From an uncultured Clostridia bacterium (GTDB taxonomy: Bacteria > Bacillota > Clostridia > TANB77 > CAG-508): a stretch of 64,000 nucleotides of DNA. Location of the stretch: positions 8,867 to 72,866 of the forward strand of contig CAMKSF010000001.1 in NCBI GenBank assembly GCA_946415375.1, written 5' to 3'. This document shows, in pieces, positions 48,682 to 58,857 of this stretch; positions within the stretch are counted from its first letter, which is position 1; every line of letters starts with the position of its first letter. The translations under genes and the position numbers were made by a program. The notes beneath the pieces were generated by a model. That model made no database searches and was not told where the DNA came from. It worked only from the letters and a program-made list of their open reading frames with translations.

Positions 48682-49968
48682 ATGATAGATATAAAGTTTT
48701 TAAGAGAAAATCCTGATATTGTAAAGGAAAATATTAAAAAGAAATTTCAAGATGGTAAATTAAAATTAGTAGATGAAGTATTAGAACTTGACAAAAAAAA
48801 CAGAGAAGCCAAACTAAATGGAGATATTTTAAGAAGTGATAGAAAAAATCTAAGCACTCAAATAGGGAATCTTATGAGAGATGGCAAAAAAGATGAAGCA
48901 GAAGAAATAAAAAAACAAGTTGAAGCAATCAACAAAAAACTAGAAATGAATGAAGCTGTTGAAAATGAGTATTCAGAAGAAATAAAATCTAGAATGATGA
49001 AAATACCAAATATAATGCATGAATCTGTTCCAATTGGTGAAGATGATAGCAAAAATGTTGAAATAGAAAAATTTGGTGAACCAGTTGTTCCAGATTATGA
49101 AATTCCATATCATGGTGAAATTATGGAATCACTTGGTGGCCTTGATTTAGATAGTGCTCGTCGTGTCGCTGGAAATGGTTTTTATTATTTAGTTGGAGAT
49201 TTAGCAAGACTTCATTCTGCAGTTCTTACTTATGCAAGAGACTTTATGATTAATAAAGGTTTTACATATTGTATTCCTCCATTTATGATTCGCTCAGATG
49301 TGGTAACAGGCGTTATGAGCTTTGAAGAAATGGACGCTATGATGTATAAAATTGAAGGAGAAGACTTATACTTAATTGGTACAAGCGAGCATTCAATGAT
49401 TGGAAGATTTAAAGATCAAATTCTAAAAAAAGAAGATATGCCATATACTATGACTTCATATTCTCCTTGTTTTAGGAAAGAAAAAGGAGCTCATGGTATT
49501 GAAGAACGTGGTGTATATAGAATTCACCAATTTGAAAAACAAGAAATGATTGTTGTTTGCGAACCTGAAGACAGCTGGGAATGGTATGATAAAATGTGGT
49601 CATATACAGTAGAATTCTTTAGAAGCATGAATATCCCAGTAAGAACTTTAGAATGTTGCAGTGGTGATTTAGCAGATCTTAAGGCAAAATCTTGTGATGT
49701 TGAAGCATGGTCACCTCGTCAGCAAAAATATTTTGAAGTTGGAAGTTGTTCAAATCTTACTGATGCTCAGGCAAGACGTCTTGGTATTAGAATAAAAGGC
49801 GAAAACGGAAACTATTTTGCACATACTTTAAATAATACTGTTGTTGCTCCACCTCGTATGCTTATTTCTATTGTTGAAAACAATTATCAGCCTGATGGAA
49901 GTGTAATTATACCAGAAGTATTAAGACCATATATGGGTGGATTAGAAAAATTAGAGCCAAAAAAATAA
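48682..49968 (+). CDS. serS: seryl-tRNA synthetase
   Basis: MIDIKFLRENPD N-terminus with coiled-coil arm. Class II motif 2 region FRKEKGAHG...RIHQFEKQE. Start moved to the ATG after GGAAGGAAG. Confidence 0.92.
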   Translation: MIDIKFLRENPDIVKENIKKKFQDGKLKLVDEVLELDKKNREAKLNGDILRSDRKNLSTQIGNLMRDGKKDEAEEIKKQVEAINKKLEMNEAVENEYSEEIKSRMMKIPNIMHESVPIGEDDSKNVEIEKFGEPVVPDYEIPYHGEIMESLGGLDLDSARRVAGNGFYYLVGDLARLHSAVLTYARDFMINKGFTYCIPPFMIRSDVVTGVMSFEEMDAMMYKIEGEDLYLIGTSEHSMIGRFKDQILKKEDMPYTMTSYSPCFRKEKGAHGIEERGVYRIHQFEKQEMIVVCEPEDSWEWYDKMWSYTVEFFRSMNIPVRTLECCSGDLADLKAKSCDVEAWSPRQQKYFEVGSCSNLTDAQARRLGIRIKGENGNYFAHTLNNTVVAPPRMLISIVENNYQPDGSVIIPEVLRPYMGGLEKLEPKK

Positions 49969-50011
49969 TTTCAATTAAATAGCAGATATTATTATCATAT
50001 TGGAGGTACTG

Positions 50012-50818
50012 ATGAAAAAAAACAATATAACCCTATCAATTTTGTTTTTATTCTTTATTACAATATTAATAATTCTTTTACCTATTACATATAAAACTGT
50101 AAAAGCATATAATGACTCAAATACTTTTGTTGATAGTATAATAAAAATACAACAAAACAATAATGACTCTATCTTTGAAATAAATAAAATCACATATTAT
50201 AGTGGATGTAATGCGAAAGGTGATACAAATTCAAATTCATCTTTTACAATTTCGGATTTGTACCAGTACACAGATATTGCTATTTTCATTAATCCTGTAT
50301 CAGATGAACTAACAAGTAAAAACACATTAAAAAATGTTCTAATTAATAACATACAATATGTACTTACACCAAGTATGGGCAATCAAAAATTGTATTATAA
50401 AAACCTTTCAGATTTTGCTTCTTCTAAATTTAATCAAGAAGATCAAATCGATAAATCTATAAATTTTATTGCAACATCTGAAAATAGTATAGACTATTCT
50501 AAGCCTATTCTTTATAACAATTGCGCTAATCCAATTACTATTTGCTATGTAAATTCTGGAATAAAAGAGAATTATACCTTTTCTAATGATATCTCAAAGC
50601 TTACATATAATGGCTCATTATTGAAAATGTGTGGAATTGCATTAAGTTCGCTTAATTGCAAAATATCTTTAGATATTACAATTACCAATAATTTAGATGA
50701 AAGCTATTTCTGTCCAATTACTTTAAATATTCCACTTTCTACAGAGAATAGTACAATCTATGATGGAAACCTAACTATAAAAGATTCTGTAAACTATAAA
50801 TTTATAAAAATAAGTTAA
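50012..50818 (+). CDS. signal-anchored hypothetical protein
   Basis: Start at the ATG after GGAGGT. N-terminal hydrophobic anchor, N/S-rich remainder. No recognisable domain. Confidence 0.5.
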   Translation: MKKNNITLSILFLFFITILIILLPITYKTVKAYNDSNTFVDSIIKIQQNNNDSIFEINKITYYSGCNAKGDTNSNSSFTISDLYQYTDIAIFINPVSDELTSKNTLKNVLINNIQYVLTPSMGNQKLYYKNLSDFASSKFNQEDQIDKSINFIATSENSIDYSKPILYNNCANPITICYVNSGIKENYTFSNDISKLTYNGSLLKMCGIALSSLNCKISLDITITNNLDESYFCPITLNIPLSTENSTIYDGNLTIKDSVNYKFIKIS

Positions 50819-50851
50819 ATAATCTTCAAATACAAAATTAAGAGGTCAAGG

Positions 50852-51514
50852 TTAATTCTTGGCCTCTTTTATTACTATTTCATTTTTATTTTTATAAATA
50901 CTATTTTCAGGTATTACACCTCTAACACATGAAAGTGGATATATATTTGAATTTCTTCCAATTATAGTTCCTGGATTTAAAACAGAATTGCATCCAACTT
51001 CTACCCCATCTCCTAAAAAAGCTCCTACTTTTCTTAAATTTGTTTCTATTATGTCTTTTCCTTTAATCTGTACATTGGTTTTATCAGATTTAACATTTGA
51101 TGTTATACTTCCAGCTCCCATATGTGCTTTAAATCCTAAAATTGAATCCCCTACATAATTATAGTGAGGTACTTGTACATTATTAAATAATATACAATTT
51201 TTAAGCTCTGTAGAATTTCCTACAACAGCATTTTTTCCAATTATTGCTTTTCCTCTAATAAACGCGCAGTGTCTTATTTCAGCATTTTCATCTATTATAA
51301 CTGGTCCAGTTATACTTGAAGAAGGAGCAATTTTAGCAGATTTTGCTATCCAAATATTTTCGCCTTTCTTTTCATAAATATTTTCGTCCAATTTAGGACC
51401 TACTTCTAGTATAAAATTACTTATTTTAGGCAATATTTCCCATGGATATTGTTCCTTTAATAACAACTCTTTTGCTATTGTTTCATTCAAATTATACAAT
51501 TCTTCTATTTTCAT
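50852..51514 (-). CDS. left-handed beta-helix (hexapeptide-repeat) acyltransferase, GlmU C-terminal-domain-like
   Basis: Repeated [LIV]-G-x4 hexapeptides (IGKNAVVGNSTELKNCILFNNVQV...). 4-nt overlap with the upstream pyrophosphorylase gene. Confidence 0.7.
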   Translation of the reverse strand: MKIEELYNLNETIAKELLLKEQYPWEILPKISNFILEVGPKLDENIYEKKGENIWIAKSAKIAPSSSITGPVIIDENAEIRHCAFIRGKAIIGKNAVVGNSTELKNCILFNNVQVPHYNYVGDSILGFKAHMGAGSITSNVKSDKTNVQIKGKDIIETNLRKVGAFLGDGVEVGCNSVLNPGTIIGRNSNIYPLSCVRGVIPENSIYKNKNEIVIKEAKN

Positions 51515-52761
51515 TTTTTCTCTTCCTTTTTATAGAAATTCTCATATATTTCCTTTGCTGACTCTGGACTATCAACACCTGTAGCATTTTTTATAGGTGC
51601 AAATTCTTCTTCCCTATTTACTCTTAAAATAACCATATCATTTAAATATTCAAATCCATCAAATATATATGCTTCAAACTTTAATGTGTTTGGTTCATTA
51701 GGTATTACTTCTTTTAGGTCAGAGTCAATAAATGTATTTTTCTTTCTAGCACAATGATATTCAAATTTATATTCTGCCATCTTCTCAAGAGTTTGTATAT
51801 TAAACAAATGTCCTACAATATTTGACTCTCCATACAATAATTCTCCATTTTCATCTTCAGCATAAATCATCTTCTCATCCATTTCTGTATATTCAATAAT
51901 TGCAGGTTTTCCATTTCTTTTACAAAAAATTCCAACCTTTTCTTCTGGATATGCTTTTTTTATCGACTTAGACGCACTTGAAACATCATTTTTAATTGCC
52001 AATCCAAGTAATATTTCATCTGTCATATTTGCCATGATATTATCAACACCACAAACATATACCCATTTTATGTTGTGTGCTTTCATATCATCAATCATTT
52101 TTGAATTCTTTAAAGCCACAAATACTCCACCATTTCCATCTGAAGCTTCTTTAATTGTGTAATTCTTATCAACTAACAAATTCCCCTCAAAATCTAATAA
52201 TGGTAATATATTTTGTGTAAAAAACTTAACTTTATCTTTATTATACCCAAAGTAATTATGTTTTTCAAAAAAATTAATAGTTTCATCATTATTTTCAATA
52301 CTTGTCATTATATACCAATATACTTCTTTTCCATATTTGGCAGTTGTTCTCTTTAGAGTATTTGCTAATATCTCAAAAATGTACTTTCCATCTTCTCCAA
52401 CATCTAGTTTATATGTTCCTTTTGGGCCTTTCCATCCAAGTCTTGTTCCTTGTCCTCCTGCCATTGTTACTACCGCATATTGATTTTGTCTTAATACTTT
52501 TTCTCCTAATTTTTCAATTTCCTGTCTTTGCTTATTATTAAGTTTGTTTTTATCAATATATTTTATTGGTTCTATTTTATCATTTTTATTTTTCTTACTA
52601 TCCTTATTTTGATATAATCTGTTTATCAAATTAAAATCTACTTTTAAAATTTGTTTTGCAAGTTGTTCTTTCTTCTCATCCATTAAATTCTCTAAAATGC
52701 TTAATACTTTGAATTGTTTATTATCTTCAAGTCTTTTCTTTGCTTGTTCTATTTTTTTCAA
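51511..52761 (-). CDS. UDPGP-family UDP-sugar (UDP-GlcNAc-type) pyrophosphorylase
   Basis: VVTMAGGQGTRLGWKGPKGTY nucleotide-binding loop and overall UAP1-like length (416 aa). Confidence 0.78.
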   Translation of the reverse strand: MKKIEQAKKRLEDNKQFKVLSILENLMDEKKEQLAKQILKVDFNLINRLYQNKDSKKNKNDKIEPIKYIDKNKLNNKQRQEIEKLGEKVLRQNQYAVVTMAGGQGTRLGWKGPKGTYKLDVGEDGKYIFEILANTLKRTTAKYGKEVYWYIMTSIENNDETINFFEKHNYFGYNKDKVKFFTQNILPLLDFEGNLLVDKNYTIKEASDGNGGVFVALKNSKMIDDMKAHNIKWVYVCGVDNIMANMTDEILLGLAIKNDVSSASKSIKKAYPEEKVGIFCKRNGKPAIIEYTEMDEKMIYAEDENGELLYGESNIVGHLFNIQTLEKMAEYKFEYHCARKKNTFIDSDLKEVIPNEPNTLKFEAYIFDGFEYLNDMVILRVNREEEFAPIKNATGVDSPESAKEIYENFYKKEEKK

Positions 52762-52918
52762 TGTTTATCCTCTCCTTGTAAAATGTATATGCACTCATTA
52801 TACAATAATTAACTAATAAATTCAACTATTTTTTATTTTTTTATTGTACTATCTAGTATTTTACTTTCATATATTTTACAAAGTCTAAAAATATTATTTA
52901 ATTATAAGGACGGTTATA

Positions 52919-53980
52919 ATGATTTATGTAAAAAAATATATAAATAACGAAATCATAAGGAAATATTTATTTCCTATTTTTTTAGGTATTTTTATTACTA
53001 GTTTAGTTATATTTTCTTCTTCTAATCTTATTGCGGCAAAATTTGGAATGATGTTATGGGCTAATTCCATAGTTCCGTCTATATTTCCATTCTTTGTTGC
53101 AACAGAGCTTATCTCAAATACACAATTCCCATATTTATTAGGCAGAATATTTAATTCATTTATGAAGCCATTATTTAATATAGAAGGTGAAGGTGCTTTT
53201 GCATTAGTATTTGGAATTCTATGTGGCTATCCTATGGGAGCAAAAATTGCTTGTAATTTTAGAAAACAACATATCTTAAGTAAAGCAGAGTGTGAAAGAC
53301 TTTTGAGTTTTACTAATAATTCTGGACCAATGTTTATATTGGGAACTGTTGGCATAACAATGTATGGCAATTCAACAATTGGAATATTATTGCTCATTGT
53401 TCATATTTTATCTTGTTTTATAGTTGGTTTTATATTTAGATTTTGGAAAAAAAATGAAAATTGTTATGATAATTATTTTATTAAAAAGAAGCAAAGTAAA
53501 TCTTATAAAAATATAAATGTATCAAATTTAGGAGAAGTTTTATCTAGTTCTATTTCCTCTTCTATATCTAGCATCATGATGATTGGTGGATTTGTAATAA
53601 TATTTTCGGTAATTATTTCTATATTTAAATCTAGTAAATTATTGAATCTTTTTACTTTTATTATTTCGCCTATCTTTAAGTTTATAAACATACCTACTTC
53701 TTTCGTTGCTCCTATATTAACTGGTTTTCTAGAAATAACAAATGGAATATCATTAATTACATCTATATCCATAAAAAAACTATCCATCAACATTATACTT
53801 ACATCCTTTTTACTTGGTTTAGGTGGATTTTCTGTTTTTTTACAGGTATTAAGCATAGTTTCAAAAACAGATTTATCCATAAAGCCTTATATTTATGGTA
53901 AATTATTGCATAGTATAATATCTGCTTTTTTATCTTTTTGGCTTTTAAAACTATTTCCATTTTTTAATTTTAATTTGTAA
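52919..53980 (+). CDS. ylbJ: sporulation integral membrane protein YlbJ
   Basis: Polytopic. MLWANSIVPSIFPFFVATELI and GYPMGAKI blocks typical of YlbJ / nucleoside-recognition-domain proteins. Confidence 0.72.
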   Translation: MIYVKKYINNEIIRKYLFPIFLGIFITSLVIFSSSNLIAAKFGMMLWANSIVPSIFPFFVATELISNTQFPYLLGRIFNSFMKPLFNIEGEGAFALVFGILCGYPMGAKIACNFRKQHILSKAECERLLSFTNNSGPMFILGTVGITMYGNSTIGILLLIVHILSCFIVGFIFRFWKKNENCYDNYFIKKKQSKSYKNINVSNLGEVLSSSISSSISSIMMIGGFVIIFSVIISIFKSSKLLNLFTFIISPIFKFINIPTSFVAPILTGFLEITNGISLITSISIKKLSINIILTSFLLGLGGFSVFLQVLSIVSKTDLSIKPYIYGKLLHSIISAFLSFWLLKLFPFFNFNL

Positions 53981-54115
53981 TAAAATTATTATTTATGAAT
54001 AAAAATATTAAAGATAACGTGTTAGTTATACTAATTAAATTATGAAATATTTTTTTAGAAAGGAGAAATAATCTAATTAACCAATATATTAGTAAAATTA
54101 GATTATAGTGGATAT

Positions 54116-54331
54116 ATGGAAAAAGATTTTGTCGATTTTCAAAATAATTATGGATTTCAAAATAATTTTGACGCTAATGATATTTATAAAGATCCTATGT
54201 TTAACCCAGTTTCTCAATATGAGCAAGCATATACATATTATAAATACTTATGTATGCAAATGGATTATAAAATTAAATGCAAAGAATATGAAAAGATGTG
54301 TTTAAATAATCCTTTACAAAAAAACACTTAA
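54116..54331 (+). CDS. small hypothetical protein (71 aa)
   Basis: ORF followed directly by a bidirectional terminator. Aromatic/Cys-containing sequence. Weak RBS. Confidence 0.4.
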   Translation: MEKDFVDFQNNYGFQNNFDANDIYKDPMFNPVSQYEQAYTYYKYLCMQMDYKIKCKEYEKMCLNNPLQKNT

Positions 54332-54353
54332 AAAAAATAAAAACATAAAACAT

Positions 54354-54382
54354 AAAAAAAAGCCATAATTGGCTTTTTTTTA
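54354..54382. terminator. bidirectional rho-independent terminator
   Basis: AAAAAAAAGCCA-TAAT-TGGCTTTTTTTT between convergent genes. Confidence 0.7.
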
Positions 54383-54826
54383 TATATTATATTCTTTAAC
54401 TTTTTTTAATGAATATCCTGCAATGATTGCTCCAACTAGAATAACAACTACTAATATACTATTATTTTCAATTCCTGTATATGCTAAATTATTAACTTCA
54501 TTTTCATCATCACTTGTTGTTGAATTGATTGTTGTTGTTGCATTTCCAGTACTAATTGTTGAATTATAATCACTTGATGTATCTGTTGTAACATTTGTTG
54601 TAAAAGTTGTTGATGAATCAACAGTATTAGTTGTTCCTGTTGTATTAGTTGTTCCTGTTGTGTTTGTTGTATCTGTAGTATTTGTTTGTGTAGTTGTATT
54701 TGTTTCCGGAGCAGTCCATCCGCTAAAATCATTATCATCTGCTCTTACAACAGAAACTAAATTGAATGCTAATACAATACTTAATCCGATTACAACTATT
54801 ATTTTTAATAAACTTGATTTTTTCAT
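54380..54826 (-). CDS. Thr/Asn-rich surface protein with LPXTG-like sorting signal (LAYTG)
   Basis: Signal peptide, TNTTGTTNTTGTTNT repeats, then C-terminal LAYTG + hydrophobic helix + KKVKEYNI tail. Confidence 0.7.
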   Translation of the reverse strand: MKKSSLLKIIVVIGLSIVLAFNLVSVVRADDNDFSGWTAPETNTTTQTNTTDTTNTTGTTNTTGTTNTVDSSTTFTTNVTTDTSSDYNSTISTGNATTTINSTTSDDENEVNNLAYTGIENNSILVVVILVGAIIAGYSLKKVKEYNI

Positions 54827-54981
54827 AAAATATCCTCCTAATAATATAAAAATTAACTATCTTATACTTTACATTTTTTATTATACTCTCTTTTAATTCT
54901 TTTGTCAAATAAATATGAAATATTTATTATTATAATATTGTTACATTTATATTACATATTGTAATATTTCCATTTTTTTCT

Positions 54982-55332
54982 TTATGCATTTTTTGCAATG
55001 TTAGCAATTTCACTAAATGCTTTTGGATCATTAATAGCAATTTCTGAAAGCATCTTTCTATTTATTGTAATATTTGATTTTTTCAATCCTGCTATCAATT
55101 TACTATATGTTGTGCCATTTAATCTTGCTGCTGCATTTATTCTAGCAATCCACAATTTTCTAAAATCGCTCTTCTTGTCCTTTCTTCCAACGTATGCATA
55201 TGATAAAGATTTTAAAACTGCTTGGTTTGCATTTCTAAATCTGTAATGTTTTGCACCAAAATATCCTTTTGCTAATTTCATTATTTTCTTATGTCTTTTT
55301 CTTGTTATTTTTGCTGTTTTAACTCTTGCCAT
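54982..55332 (-). CDS. rplT: 50S ribosomal protein L20
   Basis: [29 protein letters not shown]. Confidence 0.93.
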   Translation of the reverse strand: MARVKTAKITRKRHKKIMKLAKGYFGAKHYRFRNANQAVLKSLSYAYVGRKDKKSDFRKLWIARINAAARLNGTTYSKLIAGLKKSNITINRKMLSEIAINDPKAFSEIANIAKNA

Positions 55333-55352
55333 TTTAATTCACTCCTTCCTAA

Positions 55353-55556
55353 TTAATTACCATATGGTAATAATTTCTTTATAGTATTCTCACATGATTT
55401 ATCAGCATAAGCTCCTGGGCGTCTTGCTGATAATTTTTGTCTCTTTGTTTTATTAGCTAATAAATGTCTTCTATTAGCTGTTGTTCTTTTTACTTTTCCT
55501 GTTGCTGTTAAAGAATATCTTTTCCTTGCAGCTTTATTTGTTTTCATTTTTGGCAT
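55353..55556 (-). CDS. rpmI: 50S ribosomal protein L35
   Basis: MPKMKTNKAARKRY. Confidence 0.92.
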   Translation of the reverse strand: MPKMKTNKAARKRYSLTATGKVKRTTANRRHLLANKTKRQKLSARRPGAYADKSCENTIKKLLPYGN

Positions 55557-55624
55557 AATAATCTCTCCTTGTATATGAATATTTAGGTTTTTATGGATAC
55601 CTATAAACCTTTCAAAATATGTAA

Positions 55625-56134
55625 TTATATTTTTTTCGATAACATGACAAACATATTTCTTCCTTCTAGCTTAGGGGCTTTTTCCACAATAGCAATATCA
55701 GATAATTCTTCAATGAATTTATTTAATACCATTTCCCCTGCTTTAGAATTATTTATTTCTCTGCCTCTAAATCTTACTGTTATTTTTAATTTATTTCCAC
55801 TTTCTATGAATTTTCTAGCATTCTTTGCTTTAAATCCAAAGTCATGTTCTTCAATATTTGGAGTAATTCTAATTTCTTTTATCTCCATAACTTTTTGTTT
55901 CTTTTTGGCTTCTTTTTCTTTCTTTGCTTGTTCAAACTTATACTTACCATAGTTCATTATTCTACAAACTACTGGTTTAGCATTTGGTGCAACAAGTACT
56001 AAATCTAGCTTTTTTTCTTCTGCCATATTTAACGCATCATTAAAGTTTACTACTCCTAGTTTTTCTCCATTCTCTCCAATTAATTGAACTTCTTTTGCTC
56101 TAATTTGGCCATTTATTGGCAATTCTTGTTTTAT
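55625..56134 (-). CDS. infC: translation initiation factor IF-3, probable non-canonical ATA start
   Basis: IKQELPINGQIRAKEVQLIGENGEKLGV onward is the conserved IF3 N-terminus. GGAGGTG lies 6 nt upstream of ATA at 56134. The track's longer N-terminus (MCGLACNK...) is unlikely to be real. Non-AUG infC starts are well established. Confidence 0.85.
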   Translation of the reverse strand: MKQELPINGQIRAKEVQLIGENGEKLGVVNFNDALNMAEEKKLDLVLVAPNAKPVVCRIMNYGKYKFEQAKKEKEAKKKQKVMEIKEIRITPNIEEHDFGFKAKNARKFIESGNKLKITVRFRGREINNSKAGEMVLNKFIEELSDIAIVEKAPKLEGRNMFVMLSKKI

Positions 56135-56285
56135 ACAAAACACCTCCATTTTTGTTTTATTTTTCAATAAAAAAATTGACTTATTACAAGCCAATCCACA
56201 CAAAAATAAACATAGTTATAGTATATTTATTATTAACCTTTTTCCACATAGATAAGGTGAAGAGTGGATAACTCTTGCTTGCAAC
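56135..56285 (-). promoter_or_regulatory. long 5' leader of infC-rpmI-rplT (candidate L20-responsive leader)
   Basis: About 150 nt lie between a consensus promoter and the infC start. Firmicutes regulate this operon through an L20-binding leader. I could not verify the fold by eye. Confidence 0.3.
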
Positions 56286-56291
56286 ATAAAT

Positions 56292-56320
56292 ATTATATAC
56301 TATTTTTTTCTACTTGTCAA
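56292..56320 (-). promoter_or_regulatory. consensus sigma-A promoter of the infC operon
   Basis: Minus strand reads TTGACA, then 17 nt, then TATAAT (perfect consensus). Confidence 0.7.
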
Positions 56321-56363
56321 CCCTCTTTATCGTTTTTTTTAGATTCTTCTTTTGTTAAATTAC

Positions 56364-56819
56364 TTAACCTATACAAATAGCTTTAGGATATAATTTTTTC
56401 ATTTCTTTCCATTGAACTATAAATAAATCTGATATTGGATATATAATCTTTCCAGTTAATGATTTTCTTGTGATATTTGCATATGTTTCTATATATACAA
56501 TTTTTTTATTAAATATTTTTCCTATTAAACATATTGGAATTGCAGTATGCGTTCCAGTTGTAATAATCACATCAGGTTTTATCTTTATAAAAAGGATTAT
56601 CAATTTTAATATAACATAAGAGTATTTAAAAAAGTATCTTATTATTCTACTTCTTGTAGAATATGGCACATAATATACTCTATATCTATCCTTTAGTTTT
56701 TCTGTTGAAAAATCTTTTTCAGTTATAATACTATAATCGTATTTTTCAAATAACGGTTCTAGTTTCATAAGTTCACTTAAATGTCCACCTGTACTGGATA
56801 TAAATAAAACTTTCTTCAT
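56364..56819 (-). CDS. Alg14-like / PssD-type glycosyltransferase membrane subunit
   Basis: MKKVLFISSTGGHLSELMKL N-terminus typical of Alg14/PssD. No Alg13/PssE-like partner is adjacent. Confidence 0.6.
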   Translation of the reverse strand: MKKVLFISSTGGHLSELMKLEPLFEKYDYSIITEKDFSTEKLKDRYRVYYVPYSTRSRIIRYFFKYSYVILKLIILFIKIKPDVIITTGTHTAIPICLIGKIFNKKIVYIETYANITRKSLTGKIIYPISDLFIVQWKEMKKLYPKAICIG

Positions 56820-56893
56820 TATACTCACCACTAATATTTTATGTATATTTCTTTAAATAATACAAAAAAGAGCTATTTTCATAGCTCTCAATA

Positions 56894-58057
56894 TTATCCA
56901 AAAATACCTCTTTTCTTAATTGGTGGTTGCTCATTCATTGTTTTAGCAAGTTGTATTAATAAATCTCTTTGTTCTTTTGTAAGTTTTTTAGGTGTTTGAA
57001 CAACAACTTTAAATATGAAATTACCAACATAAGAAGAGTTTAAGCTTTTAAATCCTTTTCCTTTTACAACAAATTGTGTTCCTGTTTGAGTAGCTTCTGG
57101 TATTTTATATTTTTCTATTTTTCCATTAACCATAGGTATTTCTATATCAGCTCCTAATGTGGCTTGTGTAATAGTAATTGGAATTTCACATACTACATTA
57201 TTTCCATCTCTTTTATATATACTATGTTTTTTTACTCTTATAGTTATGTATATATCTCCTGCTGGTCCACCTTTTGTTCCTGGATTTCCCTGTCCTCTTA
57301 AGACTACTGTCTGATTATCTCCTATACCTGCTGGAATTTTAACTTTAACCTTTGGCATTTTTCTTACAGTACCTTTTCCATGACAATTTTCACAAGGTTC
57401 TTGAATTACCTCTCCTGTTCCATGGCATTCAGGACATGTTCTTGTTGTTTGAATTTGACCAAGTATTGTTGCTTGCATTTGCCTTATTTGACCTGTTCCA
57501 TTACATGCTTTACATTTTATAGGATTAGTTCCTGGCTTTGCCCCTGTTCCATGACAGATAGAACATGTTTCTTGTCTAGTAATAGTTACTTCTTTTTCAA
57601 CTCCCATAAATGCTTCTTCAAATGTAATTTCAAGATTTAAGTTTAAGTCTTCTCCCTTTCTTGGTCCATTATTTCTTCTTGAACTTGCTCTTTGTCCTCC
57701 AAATCCACCACCAAAGAATGATGAGAATATATCACCTAAGTCTCCAAAATCATCCCATCCAGAACTTGTATATGAATAATAACCATTCCCACCTCCAAAT
57801 GGTCCTCCTGCTCCTCCAAATCCAGCCTGAGGATCGGCAGTTCCAAACTGATCATACATTCTTCTTTTTTGTGGATCAGAAAGTATTTCATATGCTTCAT
57901 TTACTTCTTTAAACTTCTTCTCTGCTTCTTTTTTATTATCAGGATTTGCATCTGGATGATACTTTTTTGCCATCTTTCTATATGCTTTTTTAAGTTCATC
58001 ATCAGTTGCAGTTTTTGATACTCCTAATATTTCATAATAATCCTTTTTCTCTGCCAT
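56894..58057 (-). CDS. dnaJ: molecular chaperone DnaJ
   Basis: J domain (YYEILGV...HPD), G/F-rich region, four CxxCxGxG zinc-finger repeats. Confidence 0.93.
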   Translation of the reverse strand: MAEKKDYYEILGVSKTATDDELKKAYRKMAKKYHPDANPDNKKEAEKKFKEVNEAYEILSDPQKRRMYDQFGTADPQAGFGGAGGPFGGGNGYYSYTSSGWDDFGDLGDIFSSFFGGGFGGQRASSRRNNGPRKGEDLNLNLEITFEEAFMGVEKEVTITRQETCSICHGTGAKPGTNPIKCKACNGTGQIRQMQATILGQIQTTRTCPECHGTGEVIQEPCENCHGKGTVRKMPKVKVKIPAGIGDNQTVVLRGQGNPGTKGGPAGDIYITIRVKKHSIYKRDGNNVVCEIPITITQATLGADIEIPMVNGKIEKYKIPEATQTGTQFVVKGKGFKSLNSSYVGNFIFKVVVQTPKKLTKEQRDLLIQLAKTMNEQPPIKKRGIFG

Positions 58058-58113
58058 TATATCCTCCTATCCTATTTCTAACTCTTTTTCTTTTGATTTT
58101 TTATATCTATTTT

Positions 58114-58836
58114 CTATCTTTGGTCTCCTTGACTTATATCTACTGTTTTCTCATTATCTATTTCATTCATTACTATTCCAACTAATTTTTCTATTTCTTC
58201 TTTATCTAGCTCTTTTCCATCAAAGTCTTTGAATTTATAGTATTTAATAACACTTCTTTCTATTGGCTCTCTACATGTATATAAATAATCCTGTTCTATA
58301 AAATCTACTGCTGGTTCACAACATGTTATTGATTTCGTTCCGTCACTATTAGTATTTACAAAAACATACCCTGCTAATAGTAGAAGTTCAAATCGAGTAA
58401 AATTATGCCCAGTCTCTTTGTTTATTTTAGCTAAAGTTTCATCATTTAGATTTTTTGGTAAACTTTTATATCTTTTTCTTTTAGTGAATACTCTTTCAAC
58501 TATACCTTCGAATTCATTTTCTCCTTTTACAGCATATATGCTTTCAGGAAAAACAAAATCGGTTTTTCCTTCAGCATTTTTTACTATTTGATATATCCCC
58601 TTTATTGGTCTTTCACAATATCTTCCTTCGATTTGATTTATCCCTTCATAAAATTGTTCTTGAATTTCTATTACTTCATTTGCAGTATCCTTTGGTAAAC
58701 CCTCAATTACACTTTTTATTGTTTCATTTGAGGCTTGTTCCTCTTTTTTAGCCCAATCTCTTATTTCATCAATAAAACCATTTCTTTTTTCACTCATTTT
58801 TTTGCTAAATCTTCCTTTCAAAAATCTCCTCCTCAT
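58114..58836 (-). CDS. uncharacterised protein (family B paralogue) inserted between dnaK and dnaJ
   Basis: 240-aa ORF. The likely true start is the TTG at about 58821, after GAGGAGGAG. Shares the block NFTRFELLLLAGYVFVNTNSDG..CCEPAV with the neighbouring 190-aa ORF. Confidence 0.65.
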   Translation of the reverse strand: MRRRFLKGRFSKKMSEKRNGFIDEIRDWAKKEEQASNETIKSVIEGLPKDTANEVIEIQEQFYEGINQIEGRYCERPIKGIYQIVKNAEGKTDFVFPESIYAVKGENEFEGIVERVFTKRKRYKSLPKNLNDETLAKINKETGHNFTRFELLLLAGYVFVNTNSDGTKSITCCEPAVDFIEQDYLYTCREPIERSVIKYYKFKDFDGKELDKEEIEKLVGIVMNEIDNEKTVDISQGDQR

Positions 58837-58857
58837 ATTGTAATCTGTTGTTCTTCA

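Noticed and set aside
53503-53880. 125-aa minus-strand ORF within ylbJ; likewise 21734-22210, 27022-27366, 28065-28418, 30960-31256 and other track ORFs opposite long genes
   Set aside because: All lie antisense within long, motif-supported genes and lack RBS signals.
54620-54660. Short tandem DNA repeats, considered as a possible CRISPR or minisatellite
   Set aside because: These are two 18-nt units with no spacers, lying inside a coding repeat (TTGTTN). It is not a CRISPR array. I saw no CRISPR-like repeat-spacer structure anywhere in the window.
54484-54738. 84-aa Gln-rich ORF (MIMILADGLLRKQIQLHKQILQ...)
   Set aside because: It is an alternative frame of the Thr/Asn repeat tract. The 148-aa frame has a signal peptide and a sorting signal, and this one has neither.
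56135-56203. N-terminal extension of infC in the ORF track (MCGLACNKSIFLLKNKTKMEVFC)
   Set aside because: The conserved IF3 sequence begins at IKQELPING. GGAGGTG is correctly spaced for the ATA codon, and non-AUG infC starts are the norm.
58500-58640. GIY-YIG homing-endonuclease call for the 240-aa dnaK-dnaJ insert
   Set aside because: A GIY...IYAVKG pattern exists, but the spacing (17 aa) is outside the usual 10-11 aa. I cannot identify the downstream Arg/Glu/Asn catalytic residues convincingly. It is kept only as a remark.
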